From: an uncultured Alphaproteobacteria bacterium
GTDB taxonomy: Bacteria; Pseudomonadota; Alphaproteobacteria; Rs-D84
Assembly: GCA_905234465.1 (NCBI GenBank)
Contig: CAJOHU010000001.1
Span: 31,708-95,707 of the forward strand
Length of the DNA stretch: 64,000 nucleotides
Direction: 5' to 3'
The position numbers were made by a program, and so were the translations under genes. The stretch's first letter is position 1. Each line of letters opens with the position of its first letter. The notes under the pieces are model-generated. The model saw only the letters and a program-made list of their open reading frames with translations. It ran no database searches and had not been told where the DNA came from. Shown one piece after another: positions 8,719 through 20,200 of the stretch.

Positions 8719-9624
8719 TTAGCGCGTTAACGGTTCAACCGCGTATTCGCCGGGTTGAATCGTCTGAATCAAGTTATTGTTTTCATCAACCGCCGCACGA
8801 AACTGCATGCCGCCTGTTGTAAATTCTGTCTTAAACAAAGCATAACCCGTTCCGCCACCAGACGTCGGACCTTGGGTACCAAGTGAATAATAACCACCCA
8901 AAATACCATAGTCTAAATCAATATAGTCCAAATTTACCAATAAAGACACATTACTAAGCCCGTCACTGGTCATATTACATGTGAATTCGCGATTGGACAG
9001 TGTTGCCGAAGAATTATTCGGAATAACAATATCCATAACAGTTGGCTCGCAAACCCGACCTATTCCGTTGACCAACAATTCATATGTCATGTTCACGGTT
9101 GCACGCGAAAGCCCTGTTGAAACATTTACCTGGGAAATTGTGGCCTTTGGTATCTTGACCAATGCGTTCGCAATACCCGAACGAACCGGAAAAGATATCC
9201 CAGATTGCAAACAATCGCGCGAAAATGGGTCTGCTTCACAGATATAAAGCCGTGAATGCGCATTCATCATAAATATGTTAACAAGACTGTTAAACAGAAA
9301 TGTTCTTGTGATTTTGTCGTTTAACCGTGTGCATCCAAAATTACGACATACAATCATGGGACGTTCCGCAAACATTACACCCGGATGTGCCGCAGATTCT
9401 GCATTGCGTGCATCTATTATGTTTTGATCGTAATTCAGACTGTCTGCGCGTTGCATAAATTCACTTTCGGGGACAAAATTGGGGTCGTCTGGATACGCAT
9501 AATATGATTGAACAGGCGTTTCTGTGTATATTGTTTGAAAATTTTCTTGTATATATTCGGTTGCGCCAAACGCACCCGTCACAAAAAACATCCCAAAAAT
9601 CGCCGCGAAAGTAGAGTTTTTCAT
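8719..9624 (-). CDS. Secreted hypothetical protein
   Basis: Signal peptide ending AFG; 301 aa; paired Cys; GGAAGG RBS. Confidence 0.8.
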   Translation of the reverse strand: MKNSTFAAIFGMFFVTGAFGATEYIQENFQTIYTETPVQSYYAYPDDPNFVPESEFMQRADSLNYDQNIIDARNAESAAHPGVMFAERPMIVCRNFGCTRLNDKITRTFLFNSLVNIFMMNAHSRLYICEADPFSRDCLQSGISFPVRSGIANALVKIPKATISQVNVSTGLSRATVNMTYELLVNGIGRVCEPTVMDIVIPNNSSATLSNREFTCNMTSDGLSNVSLLVNLDYIDLDYGILGGYYSLGTQGPTSGGGTGYALFKTEFTTGGMQFRAAVDENNNLIQTIQPGEYAVEPLTR

Positions 9625-9772
9625 TTTATTTGCCCTTCCCTTATATATTTATGATGCTATTTTATCTTATTATGCCCATTCGTGTCAAAGCAAAAATTTT
9701 TATTGAAAATCTATATTCGTTTGTACTATAAATTCTGTGTGCATATAAATAAACAATGGAAAGGTGTATTAT

Positions 9773-10432
9773 ATGGTTGATATTATTATATCTGGCGAAG
9801 TCGGAAAATTGCATGCGGTGTATCACAAATCTTTGACGCCTGCGGCGCCTTTGGCGGTGGTATTGTCGGGCAATCCGCGGCAAAAACATCATATGAACGA
9901 TAGGATATCTTATGCGATGTTCCGGGCGTTTATGGATATTGGATTTTCGGTGGTGCGTTTTGATTACCGTGGCGTTGGCGATTCCGAAGGCGGACTTGGA
10001 ACAACGGCAGATAATATGTTAGATATTGCCACAGTTATAGATTGGATACAAAATCATAATGAAGACAGTGATAAATTGTGGTTGGCAGGACATCAGTTGG
10101 GCGCATGGTATGTTTTACAAACATTGATGCGGCGTCCCGAGGTTTCGGGCTTTGCACTGGTTTCGCCCGATGCGTCCGTGTCGGACTTTGCATTTTTATC
10201 GCCACGACCAAATCGTGGACTGTTGCTTCAGGGTGCAGAAGAATCTGAAGATGCGCGGGCGTTTTCAACACATATTACCCAGGTGCTTAAGAAACAGGCA
10301 CAGATTGATTTGGAAACTATTCGCATCAAGGGTGCAAATGAAACCTATGGCGCGCCCGCAGATTTACGACAATTATATAATGACCTTAAGGCGTATGTTG
10401 GACGCGAAAACGCTGATACTAAATTACTGTAA
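9773..10432 (+). CDS. Alpha/beta-hydrolase-fold protein, probably catalytically inactive
   Basis: GFSVVRFDYRGVGDSEG motif; nucleophile elbow reads GHQLG with no Ser. Confidence 0.85.
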   Translation: MVDIIISGEVGKLHAVYHKSLTPAAPLAVVLSGNPRQKHHMNDRISYAMFRAFMDIGFSVVRFDYRGVGDSEGGLGTTADNMLDIATVIDWIQNHNEDSDKLWLAGHQLGAWYVLQTLMRRPEVSGFALVSPDASVSDFAFLSPRPNRGLLLQGAEESEDARAFSTHITQVLKKQAQIDLETIRIKGANETYGAPADLRQLYNDLKAYVGRENADTKLL

Positions 10433-10445
10433 TATTGGATAATGC

Positions 10446-11435
10446 ATGGAAAGTACAAACAGATTTCTTGATCCGAATATCCCAGACGAAATGGCGGCAA
10501 CGATTCGCCCGAAAACTTTATCAGATTTTATCGGACATGATGGATTGAAACAGAATTTATCTGTGTTTATATCTGGGGCGCGGTCGCGTGGCGAACCGAT
10601 GGATCATGTTTTGCTGTATGGACCGCCGGGATTGGGCAAGACGACATTGGCGCACATTATTGCAAATGAATTGGGCGCAAATTTTCGGGCAACATCTGCG
10701 CCTATGTTGACCAAGCAAGGCGATTTGGCGGCGATATTGACTGCATTGGAACCGATGGATGTTCTGTTCATAGATGAAATTCATCGTTTGCCAACCGCCA
10801 TAGAAGAAGTGTTGTATTCTGCAATGGAAGATTTTAAGTTAGATATAATGTTGGGCGAAGGTCCGTCGGCAAAAAGTGTGCGAATTGATTTGCCGCCATT
10901 TACATTGGTTGGGGCGACTACTCGTACCGGTTTGTTGTCTAATCCTTTGCGGGACAGATTCGGAATTGATTTAAGGCTTAGTTTTTATCCACCCGAAGAT
11001 TTGGCAAAAATAATACGGCGCAGTGCGGGAATCATTGGTACGGAAATTGATGCGGGGGGCGCGGTGGCGTTGGCAAAAAGTTCGCGTGGAACCCCGCGTA
11101 TCGCGAATCGTTTGTTGAAGCGTGCGCGTGATTTTGCCGCGGCAATGGGTACCGGTATAATCACGCCTGATGTGATAAAGACCACATTGGCACAGTTGCA
11201 TATTGATGAATGTGGTCTTGACCAAATTGATCGCGAATATCTGAATGCGATAATCATGCATTATGCGGGTGGACCGGTTGGAATTGATAATTTGGCGGCG
11301 GCACTATCTGAACCGGCAGATACAATAGAAGATGTAATAGAACCGTATTTGATGCAACTGGGGCTTATTCAGCGAACCCCCCGTGGGCGAATTGTGACGG
11401 ATGCGGGGTATCGCCATGTGGGGTTGGAGAAGTAA
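10446..11435 (+). CDS. ruvB: Holliday junction branch migration helicase RuvB
   Basis: [47 protein letters not shown]. Confidence 0.98.
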   Translation: MESTNRFLDPNIPDEMAATIRPKTLSDFIGHDGLKQNLSVFISGARSRGEPMDHVLLYGPPGLGKTTLAHIIANELGANFRATSAPMLTKQGDLAAILTALEPMDVLFIDEIHRLPTAIEEVLYSAMEDFKLDIMLGEGPSAKSVRIDLPPFTLVGATTRTGLLSNPLRDRFGIDLRLSFYPPEDLAKIIRRSAGIIGTEIDAGGAVALAKSSRGTPRIANRLLKRARDFAAAMGTGIITPDVIKTTLAQLHIDECGLDQIDREYLNAIIMHYAGGPVGIDNLAAALSEPADTIEDVIEPYLMQLGLIQRTPRGRIVTDAGYRHVGLEK

Positions 11436-11437
11436 TC

Positions 11438-11818
11438 ATGAAAAAACATACATTTAATTTTTCGGTTGCCTATGCCGACACCGATGCGGGTGGGATAATG
11501 TATCATGGGCGATATATTGAAATTGCAGAACGTGCGCGTATGAATTGGTTGGGGCATAATGCACGACCCGTCGCAGGTGATATCGGTTTGGTTATTCGCG
11601 ATTTAAGTATCCGCTATATAAAGCCTTTATTTTTGGCGGATGAATTCATTGTAGAAACGGTTGTGACGGCGGTTGGTGCGGCGTCTGTGTCGGTTGAACA
11701 AAAATTCGTGAAAAACGGTGAAATATGTGCTATACTTACCGGGACGGCGGCGTATTTGAATGCGACGGGACGTCCAACACGGATGCCAGATATTCTGGTT
11801 TCTGCGCTTAGGAATTAA
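11438..11818 (+). CDS. ybgC: YbgC-family acyl-CoA thioesterase
   Basis: VAYADTDAGGIMYHGRY..ERAR; position between ruvB and tolQ. Confidence 0.9.
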   Translation: MKKHTFNFSVAYADTDAGGIMYHGRYIEIAERARMNWLGHNARPVAGDIGLVIRDLSIRYIKPLFLADEFIVETVVTAVGAASVSVEQKFVKNGEICAILTGTAAYLNATGRPTRMPDILVSALRN

Positions 11819-11836
11819 AGGAAAAAAGGAATAGAA

Positions 11837-12277
11837 ATGAATGCATTTTCGTTTTGGAAGTTGTTTACAGGCGATATTGTGACGGCGGTTGCGTCCATTG
11901 TCTTGGTGGTGTTCAGTGTGATGTCTTGGGCGGTGATTGTGGAAAAGATACGCCTGTTTCATGGAATTAAACATAAAAAACCAAGTGGAACCCCAGACGA
12001 AGCGATTCGACCATTTGATAAAAATTTGTGGTTTTTGGCGATGGTGGCGTATGTTTCGCCGTTTATTGGTCTGTTTGGTACGGTTTGGGGGGTGATGGAT
12101 TCTTTTGCGGCGATTGGTGCGAATCAATCGGTCAGCATTGGTGTTGTTGCACCCGGTTTGGCGATTGCGTTGGGAACGACGGCGTTGGGGTTAATAGTTG
12201 CGATACCTGCGGCGATTGCACACCAAGTGTTTTCTAAACGCACGGATGAATTATATGATAATCTTGGGGGAAAATAA
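11837..12277 (+). CDS. tolQ: MotA/TolQ/ExbB proton channel protein (short TolQ)
   Basis: SPFIGLFGTVWGVMDSF, VAPGLAIALGTTALGLIVAIPA; synteny. Confidence 0.88.
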   Translation: MNAFSFWKLFTGDIVTAVASIVLVVFSVMSWAVIVEKIRLFHGIKHKKPSGTPDEAIRPFDKNLWFLAMVAYVSPFIGLFGTVWGVMDSFAAIGANQSVSIGVVAPGLAIALGTTALGLIVAIPAAIAHQVFSKRTDELYDNLGGK

Positions 12278-12278
12278 C

Positions 12279-12680
12279 ATGACACGTGTGCGTCGCAGAA
12301 TTTCAGATGTGACATTATCATTGACGCCAATGATAGATGTTATGACGGTATTGTTGGCGGTGTTCATGGTGACTACGCCAATGATGACGAACGGCATAGA
12401 TTTAGACTTGCCGAATGCGGGCACTACTGTTTTGACGGGGACCGACCATGCCATGCAAATAAGTGTGGATTCGGCGGGGCGTTATTTTATTGGTACGGAT
12501 AATTTGCCGTTGGATGCGGTGATTAAGCGCGCGGTTGCGATGCGGGGCGAGAATTCTAAATTGGCGATTGTTATAAATGGTGACCGGCGTGCAGATTATG
12601 GTGCGGTTATGGCGGTTATGGGAAAATTAAAGTCTGCGGGTTTTGAACGCGTTGGGTTGCGGACGAAATTGGATAAATAA
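12279..12680 (+). CDS. tolR: TolR/ExbD family protein
   Basis: LTPMIDVMTVLLAVFMVTTP, GDRRADYGAVMAVM; start moved to 12279. Confidence 0.88.
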   Translation: MTRVRRRISDVTLSLTPMIDVMTVLLAVFMVTTPMMTNGIDLDLPNAGTTVLTGTDHAMQISVDSAGRYFIGTDNLPLDAVIKRAVAMRGENSKLAIVINGDRRADYGAVMAVMGKLKSAGFERVGLRTKLDK

Positions 12681-12682
12681 GA

Positions 12683-13435
12683 ATGGCAAAGATAGACCAT
12701 TTCTTTTCAGAAAATATTGGAATTTCCGTTTTGGGACATTTGGTATTGTTGGCGGCGGTGGTGCTGTTGGCGGATGTCGTTTTTGTTGGGTTTAACCGGT
12801 TTGTCGCGCCCGACAGGATTCAGATTACAATGATAGATTTGGATAATGTGCGTGTGTCTGGGGATGAAACGGTGCTTTATAATACAAATACAGACAATAA
12901 CAAAAAAGACGATTTGAAAAAGCCGGATAACAAGAAAATACAGGAACAAAATGCCGCGCCGAAACAGAGTGAAGAAATGAAATCTACCACCCTTGTCCCG
13001 GATACAGAAAAAAAACAAGATAAAAATAAAAAGAGTGACAGTCCGGCACCCGATGAAACAGTTGCCCCGAAAACCAGTACGATTGTGCGGGTGAATCGGA
13101 ATGTTGTATCGTTGGACAGGACGCTTACTGTATCGGTGGTTGATGCGTTGCGTGTGGCGATGACGCGTTGTTGGACGATTGATACGGCGCATCCTGGAAT
13201 TGATGGAATTCGGGCGGTTGCGCATTTGACAATGCGGCAAAATGGAACGGTATCTGATGTTTGGTTTGAATCGGCGACGCGTGCGGAAACCGATGCGGCG
13301 TTTGCCTATGTTTTGGAAACGGTTCGTTCCGCGATAAATGTGTGCCAGCCTTTACGTATGTTGCCGATTGCGGAATATGACAAATGGAAAAAGATTCAGT
13401 TAACATTTTATCCCACCACCGGCGCAGTAATGTGA
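12683..13435 (+). CDS. tolA: TolA-like protein
   Basis: N-terminal TM SVLGH, charged linker, C-terminal RCW...AINVCQPL...W...LTF domain; follows tolQR. Confidence 0.8.
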   Translation: MAKIDHFFSENIGISVLGHLVLLAAVVLLADVVFVGFNRFVAPDRIQITMIDLDNVRVSGDETVLYNTNTDNNKKDDLKKPDNKKIQEQNAAPKQSEEMKSTTLVPDTEKKQDKNKKSDSPAPDETVAPKTSTIVRVNRNVVSLDRTLTVSVVDALRVAMTRCWTIDTAHPGIDGIRAVAHLTMRQNGTVSDVWFESATRAETDAAFAYVLETVRSAINVCQPLRMLPIAEYDKWKKIQLTFYPTTGAVM

Positions 13436-13437
13436 GA

Positions 13438-13494
13438 GAGTGGTTAGTGGATAGTGTTAGTGGTTAGTAAAACGGTGGCGTTCGCCACCGTTTT
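13438..13494 (+). repeat. TTAGTG(G) repeat plus terminator hairpin after tolA
   Basis: GAGTGGTTAGTGGATAGTGTTAGTGGTTAGT-AAAACGGTGGCG-tt-CGCCACCGTTTT. Confidence 0.85.
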
Positions 13495-13495
13495 A

Positions 13496-13648
13496 CGTCA
13501 CACCGCCTAAGGGCGGTGCCCAGTCTGAGCGTAGCGAAGACCTGCTCCGCAGGAGATTTTTCATCGCGGTGCGATGAAAATCTTTGGTGTCTGCGACGCA
13601 AGTTCACAGCGTTGCTGTGAACTGGGTCCCGGCCTTCGCCGGGATGAC
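13496..13648. repeat. CGTC-type REP doublet enclosing nested hairpins
   Basis: CGTCACACCGCCTAAGGGCGGTGCCCAGT ... ACTGGGTCCCGGCCTTCGCCGGGATGAC in inverted orientation, with at least three internal palindromes. Confidence 0.7.
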
Positions 13649-13670
13649 TGGTGTCTGGAATATTAGCCCC

Positions 13671-13810
13671 TAACCACTAACACTAGCCACTATCACAGCC
13701 CCTATCCCCCCGGCGGTTCCGCCGTACCCCTTCCCACAGGTAAGGGGAATTAAAAACGGTTGCCTTTTGCAACCGTTTACTAACCACTTACACTAACCAC
13801 TAATTACTAA
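13671..13810 (-). repeat. Two TTAGTG(G) tracts, terminator hairpin and C-rich palindromic element downstream of rnpB
   Basis: Minus strand TTAGTAATTAGTGGTTAGTGTAAGTGGTTAGT-AAACGGTTGC-aaaag-GCAACCGTTTTT; second tract at 13671-13696. Confidence 0.8.
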
Positions 13811-13817
13811 TTTTGCC

Positions 13818-14165
13818 GTGGCAGTTGGAATATAAGCCGGATTCTGTTCCGCCCAAATCCCGTGTCGTTCCGGCGCGTGCGACACCAAACATTGGGTGGC
13901 AAGCATAATTAATCTGCAAATGGCGTTGCCGCCAAGTGTCAAGCCCTTTACCCGTTTCCGATTCGGAACAAATCATTGGAAACCTATTTAAGGTTGCTGC
14001 GCACAGAGATTGCCCGTTTCACTCAAACACGCGTGGTGTTTGCTTCGTCACTGTTGCTCTAATCGTCAGATTGCTCTGCCCGGTAATTAGCCGGTGTGCT
14101 GTTCCGGTGCAGTCCGGACTTTCCTCCGCCATGGTGATGACGGCTATGCTTTTTCCAACTGCCGC
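13818..14165 (-). ncRNA. rnpB: RNase P RNA
   Basis: Minus strand GAGGAAAGTCCGG ... GTGAAAC ... ACAGAATCCGGCTTAT; P1 GCAGTTGGAA/TTCCAACTGC; P2 AAGCATA/TATGCTT; P6 CGGAAC/GTTCCG. Confidence 0.95.
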
Positions 14166-14294
14166 GGGACAGGTTAGAATAAGGTGGCAATAAAATCAAC
14201 AAAATTTTTATATAAATTTTTTATATTTTTGTCTTGCACGGGTGTGGATAAATTGCTAACGTTTTTATCAAAGGGGAAGGAAGAAAACAGAAAA

Positions 14295-17200
14295 ATGTCC
14301 ATATTTCGCAGGTTTTTTGGCGTTTTAACAATCGCATTTTGTTGCGTGTTTGCCGTACATTCCGCATGGGCAAATTTTTACATCACCACAACAACCACAG
14401 GCTATTATCAACATGCTCCTACTGTATGCATAAAAGCCAAGGGTTCGTTTTTTGTTGATTGGGGTGACGGGGGAACTGATTCCTGTCATAATTCAATAGT
14501 AAAAAGTTGCTGTAAAACTCATACTTATTCAGATAATAGCATATCCCACACTGTAGAGATAAGTGGGCAACCAACAGAGTATGCTGACTATACCAATGCC
14601 ACTTTTGATGCTCAGCCAACAATAGCATTTTGCAATTGGGGCAATCCTTATCTTTTCCATTGTGCGGCGCCCTGGGTGGCGGGCATATCTGGGTCTATTG
14701 GTGAAATTTTTCCGACACTTGGTAATGGAAATAACCCAGGGCAACAACCATCGTTTAGCCATACATTTGGCAGTATGCCCAATTTAACCGGCACTATACC
14801 CGCTAATTTATTTAATGGGGTTCATGGAACGCCTGTGCGGTGGATGTTTAGCAATTTGTTTTTTGCCGATACGGGTTTGACCGGCAGTATACCGTCAAAT
14901 TTATTCAGTGGTATTACGGGTACGGCTGTCGGGGCATTTGCACATGCGTTTGGGAGAACCACCCATTTGAATTGCCATGTCCCGGCGGGTTTGTTTCATA
15001 ATATAGTGGGCAATGTTCCTCAGAGTATGTTTTATGAGACTTTTGCGGGTAGTCCGGAAAATGGACCGGATGATGGTTTTTGTACAGAAAGTGGCACATA
15101 TGGTTGGATAGCGCCCGATGCGTTTTCTATATCTCGCTTGTATGGCACGCCTTTTTCTAATTATCAAATGTATCGGATGTTTTATAAGTCTGGTCTGGCA
15201 CAAAGTTGTCCAAGTGGTTATACCCAATGGGTGACGGGGTTTGAAGACGATTGGGATGGTCGCAAGGCGTGTGTCCCGTCAAGTATGACACTTACGACCA
15301 ACTGCGGGGAAGGAACCGGTAACGGCACAAGTATGAATGTTTCATATAATGATAATGTAATTGTGGGATCCCCTTCGTCTTGGGGTTGTACTGCACCGGC
15401 GGGCGAAACATTCAGTCATTGGGCGGTGTCAAACAGTACAGACACATATAACGCAGGTCAGCAGTTTAATTGGCACTATGTACAAAACAAGGTGTTTACA
15501 GCCGTATGGGAAGGACATTATTATAATTTCGCGTTAAATCATAAAGACGGATCAAACAATGTGAATACGGTTTATGAAAAATACAATACCGGTTGGGCGA
15601 CCAGTGCAAATGCGTCTTCATGGAATTGGAATATGATTCTTCCACAAGATACTGTGCGCGATGGATACACTTTGCGTGGTTATTATGATTATGATTTTGG
15701 GGATGTAAGCAGCAATGATACTGTAAGTGAAACAGAAGCGTATTATCATATGAAAATTAAGTATGATAGTAGCAGCAGTGGGTGGAAACTGCCTGCGCCA
15801 ACTCAGGCGCCGGGTGCCACATGGTATGCGGCATGGGCGCGTAATTGTGCACCGGTTGCGCCCGCAACATGCAGTTTACAAATTGCTCCGCACACTGGTT
15901 CTGTGACGTACGTCACCACGTGTCCGGAAGGATATAATAAAGTCAATGGTACTTCATACAACCCGAGTTGTACGCCGGTGGGTGTGACAATTACTTTAAA
16001 TAATAATGATGCCACATCGGCGGGAACGACCAGTTTGACAACAGCGTACGGTGTCGGGGTTTATCTTGATGGTACTTTGATGACCACAAGTGGTCCTTCA
16101 ATTACCAAACCGCAAAAGCAATTTACCGTCACTTATTATGCCCAGGGCGGAACGATGACCGGTGGCAATTCAAGTATCACGCAAACCGCAACATCCACAT
16201 TTGATGGGTATTATTATGCCGAGAACAATAATGCACCTGTCCAGGTCATTGATGATGATGGATATATAACAACCAATGGTGATACGATTGGTAAAGAGTA
16301 TACCACCAATGCAACATGGACGGCGCAATGGTCGGGGGGGGCGGTCACTTTGCCGAATGCCCAACGTCCGGGGTGGACGCTGGTGGGGTGGAAAACATCG
16401 GGAAATTGTGGTGGGTCATTGGCAGGTACCCCGGGGCAGCACTATACCCCGGATGGAAATATAATGTTGTACGCATGTTGGACAAATGTGCCATATTATA
16501 TAATCACATTGGCCGATGGGTCTTATAATGATATTATACAAAACGGCATGATTACCGGGACAAATGGTGGCTGTACCAGGGCCGGGTTGCAATATGGTCA
16601 AGGTTGGCTGAATATATGCGATGCCCCATTGCGTGGTGCGCTGTCGCTAAGCCAGATTCCAAAACGACCAAACCATGTGTTTAATGGATACTGGGCGGAA
16701 TTGGCGGGTGGCGCGTCGGGCGTAGATAGCCAGGTCGTTACCAAAGACGGCGAATTTTGGGAAACAAGCGAGGTTTTAAATGGATTTGTGTCCGATTCAA
16801 CGATTACCGCATATTGGCAACCAAAATATCTTATAACGCTTAATCCCAATGGCGGCAGTGGTGGTGACACATCTATATATGAAGGATATGGGGTTGGTTG
16901 GTCAAAAACACAAAATGGTGATTATACTGATACTATAACAGTTACTAAACCACAAAGAACGGGCTATACATTTAGTGGATATTATGATGATCCGAATTTT
17001 GGTATAAAATACATTCCTCGCAGTGGTGTGGTATCATTAAGTCCTGCAACATTTTCAACACCAAAGACACTGTATGCACATTGGTCCCCGCGGAGATATA
17101 CCATCACATTAAATGATAATGGTGGCAGTGGCGGTCAGGTCGGTGACGCGTCGTCACACTGTACCACAGCCGACTTGGTGTACGGTACCCGTTGGGAAAA

Positions 17201-20200
17201 TGGATGCGATTCGGGCGGTGCTGTATATGACCGCGGTGCCAGTGGCAGTGGCGAGGGTGACAAAACAGAAACGGGCGAATCGGGTGAAGGCGGGTCTGGC
17301 GAAAAAGCCGCATCAAGTTCTTCAAATACCGGGTCCAGCAGTTTAAGTTTGTATCCTCCTCTGCCTACAAGAGATGGTTATATTTTCAATGGGTATTGGA
17401 ATACGTCCGCATCTTCTGGTGGAACCATGATTGTTACTCCACAGGGGGCTTTCCGCGAGGTAGATGCTGCCTTGACCTTTACATCCCAGGATGCGACTAT
17501 ATATGCGCGTTGGGAATCGGGAACACCAAGTAATACGATATATACGATAACATTAGACCCCAATAACAATGGGGCGGATGGAAATCGTCCACCAAAGATA
17601 TACCAAAAGGGAACTTCTTTCTGGGCGGATTCAAGCGCAACTGACTACCCGATTACTGGTTCTGTATTTGACCCGATTGCCGACGGTGGTGCGGGTATAA
17701 CTCGCCCAACCCCACCAAGCGGTAAAGCGTTCAGTGGATACTGGGATGACAGAATGACGGAACGGTTTACCGATGCAGATGGAAATATAGTGGCAACTGC
17801 TTATTTCACAGGCGCTGCAACGGTTAATGCCCACTGGGGGGATGCCGCCACGACAACGGTTACATTGGATGCGAATAATGGTACCCCATGTGCAACAAGA
17901 ACGGTGACCGCCACCCAGGGGCACGATATGCCGACATTGACGTGTGGTCCAACACCGCCCCCCGGGTATGACTTTACCGGGTATTATAAGACAGAATATG
18001 GGGGGTGGCAGTATTATGATGAACAACCGGCGTCGGTGCATGTTTGGGATCAAACAACATCAACCGCAACAATTTATGCAGGATATGAGCCGGCGGTTCG
18101 TGATGTGTCGTATCTGTGCAACAGCGGTGGGATTGGTTCGGCTAATATGGTGGATCAGGCGACGTATGGTTCCGAATATACTATCAAAGATTTTAGTACT
18201 GTTGGGTGCAACGCAATCATCGGTAAAAAGTTCATAGGGTGGACTATATCAGGATCCAATACTTTCGTGGAACCGGGCAAATCATACCAAAATTGGCCAT
18301 ACTATACCGATTTAACTCTGGTCGCCAAATATTTGGACATATACACTGTGACTTTGCGGCACCCCGATGCGACAAATAGCCCTATGCCGCGTGTCGCATA
18401 TGTTATACCATACACATCTGATTCAGCTGGGTATGAAGGTTGGTATTCAGAGTCAACCGCCGATACACCTCTTGTGGCCATGATTACGGCACCGCAACGT
18501 CCGCTGTATGATTTTACCGGGTATTTCTATTTGCCAGATGGTGATACACAATCCGACGAGATACAGATTGTGCGCGAAAACGGGTATTTTTTTGATAATC
18601 AAGAAACATTAGAGTTAATTACATCAGATGGAGTTGCAGACGCAGCTTGGAAGCCTGTATCGCCAGAATTGACTATCACGACTACATCGTTACCGGCAAA
18701 TACAACATTCAGATTCTATATCGGTGCCACGGGTGAATTTGTTATAACGTGGGGCGATGGACAGACACAAACCGTTTCTTCACCGGGTATCGTTTCGCAC
18801 ACCTATTCCAGTGCAGGTGCGCGTACCATCGATATTGTCGGAGATGCTACAAGTTATACAGATGCGTACACAACAGGAACTATATATAATACCGGCCGAG
18901 TGGCAGAATCTAGCCAGTGGTCAAACAATGCTGTGCGCCCGATCCAAATTAATTTCCCGGCGGCGATACGGTTTGGATGTGAAGCCGAGGATACATCGTG
19001 TGCCCTAACCCCACAATTAATTAGTGCTGTGCATGGATCTTTGGGTGATGTGTTTCCGACGCTTGGTACCGGAAACACGCAACAGCCGCGGTTTAGTCGG
19101 ACGTTCGCAGGCTGTACTAACTTGACCAATGTTCCTGAAGATTTGTTTGGAGGTGTGTATGGTGCGGCAATACCCGGAATGTTCTATGGTACATTTGAAG
19201 ATTCTGGGTTGGTATCTGTTGGACAGAATTTGTTCAGCGGTATAACATCGTTCGCACCGCACGCATTCCAAAGAACATTTATGGGATCTGATTTGTCTAC
19301 TGTGCCGGCGGGGTTGTTTAGTCATATTTCTGGCGCCCCAGCCGAGGCCATGTTTGCGTATACTTTTGCGAACACACCGTTGCGCAGCATACCAAGTGGT
19401 ATATTTAGTGGTGTCGTTGGTGCACCGGCGGTCGATATGTTCTGGGGAACATTTAGTGGGGTTCCTTTTGTATATGGAAATACTTTGCCGGCGTTGTTTA
19501 GTGGTATATCAGGTGCGCCCGCCAAAGGTATGTTTGATTCAACGTTTTATAATAGTTATAACCTAACTGGCACGATACCGGCTAATTTATTCGGCGGCAC
19601 CAATTTGTCGGGTGTGCCGGCAGAACGCATGTTCGCAAGTACATTCTATGGTTGTTATAATTTAAGTGGTTCTATCCCGGCAAATCTGTTCGGTGGCATG
19701 GGATTAACCGGTGCATCGGCGGTTGGAATGTTTGATACAACATTCTTTGCGTGTATCGGTCTAAGTGGTTATGTTCCAATGACACTGTTTGGTGGAATAT
19801 CTACATCTAATCCAGCAGCTGATATGATGAATCATGTGTTTCAGCATTCTGGGTTATTGCCAGTTTGTCCATGCGGAACACATGATTATACCACCGGTTT
19901 TGAATCTTATTGGGATGGCAAGGTTTCTTGCGAAGTCGGGTTAAAACCAAACGAACATTGGTACGGCGATATATGTGTAGAAGATTGTGCGGCGGGTATA
20001 ACGCAAATAAGAACAAGTACAGGGCTGTCTTTCCAAATATTAAAGACAAAACCAACAGAACATGCAATTCATATTAGTGCCCCTAGTGATGGTACGGTTT
20101 GCTATGTGCCATTGGAATCTGGGCTTGGAGGCACGGACAGTATGAATGTTGCATATAGTGGTACAACATATCATCTTGGAATTGTTTCTGATACTGCGCC

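Noticed and set aside
13936..14193. 85-aa ORF
   Set aside because: Antisense to the RNase P RNA
14184..14294. Longer N-terminus of the giant surface protein
   Set aside because: GTG start lies in the promoter region; RBS and signal peptide fit ATG 14295
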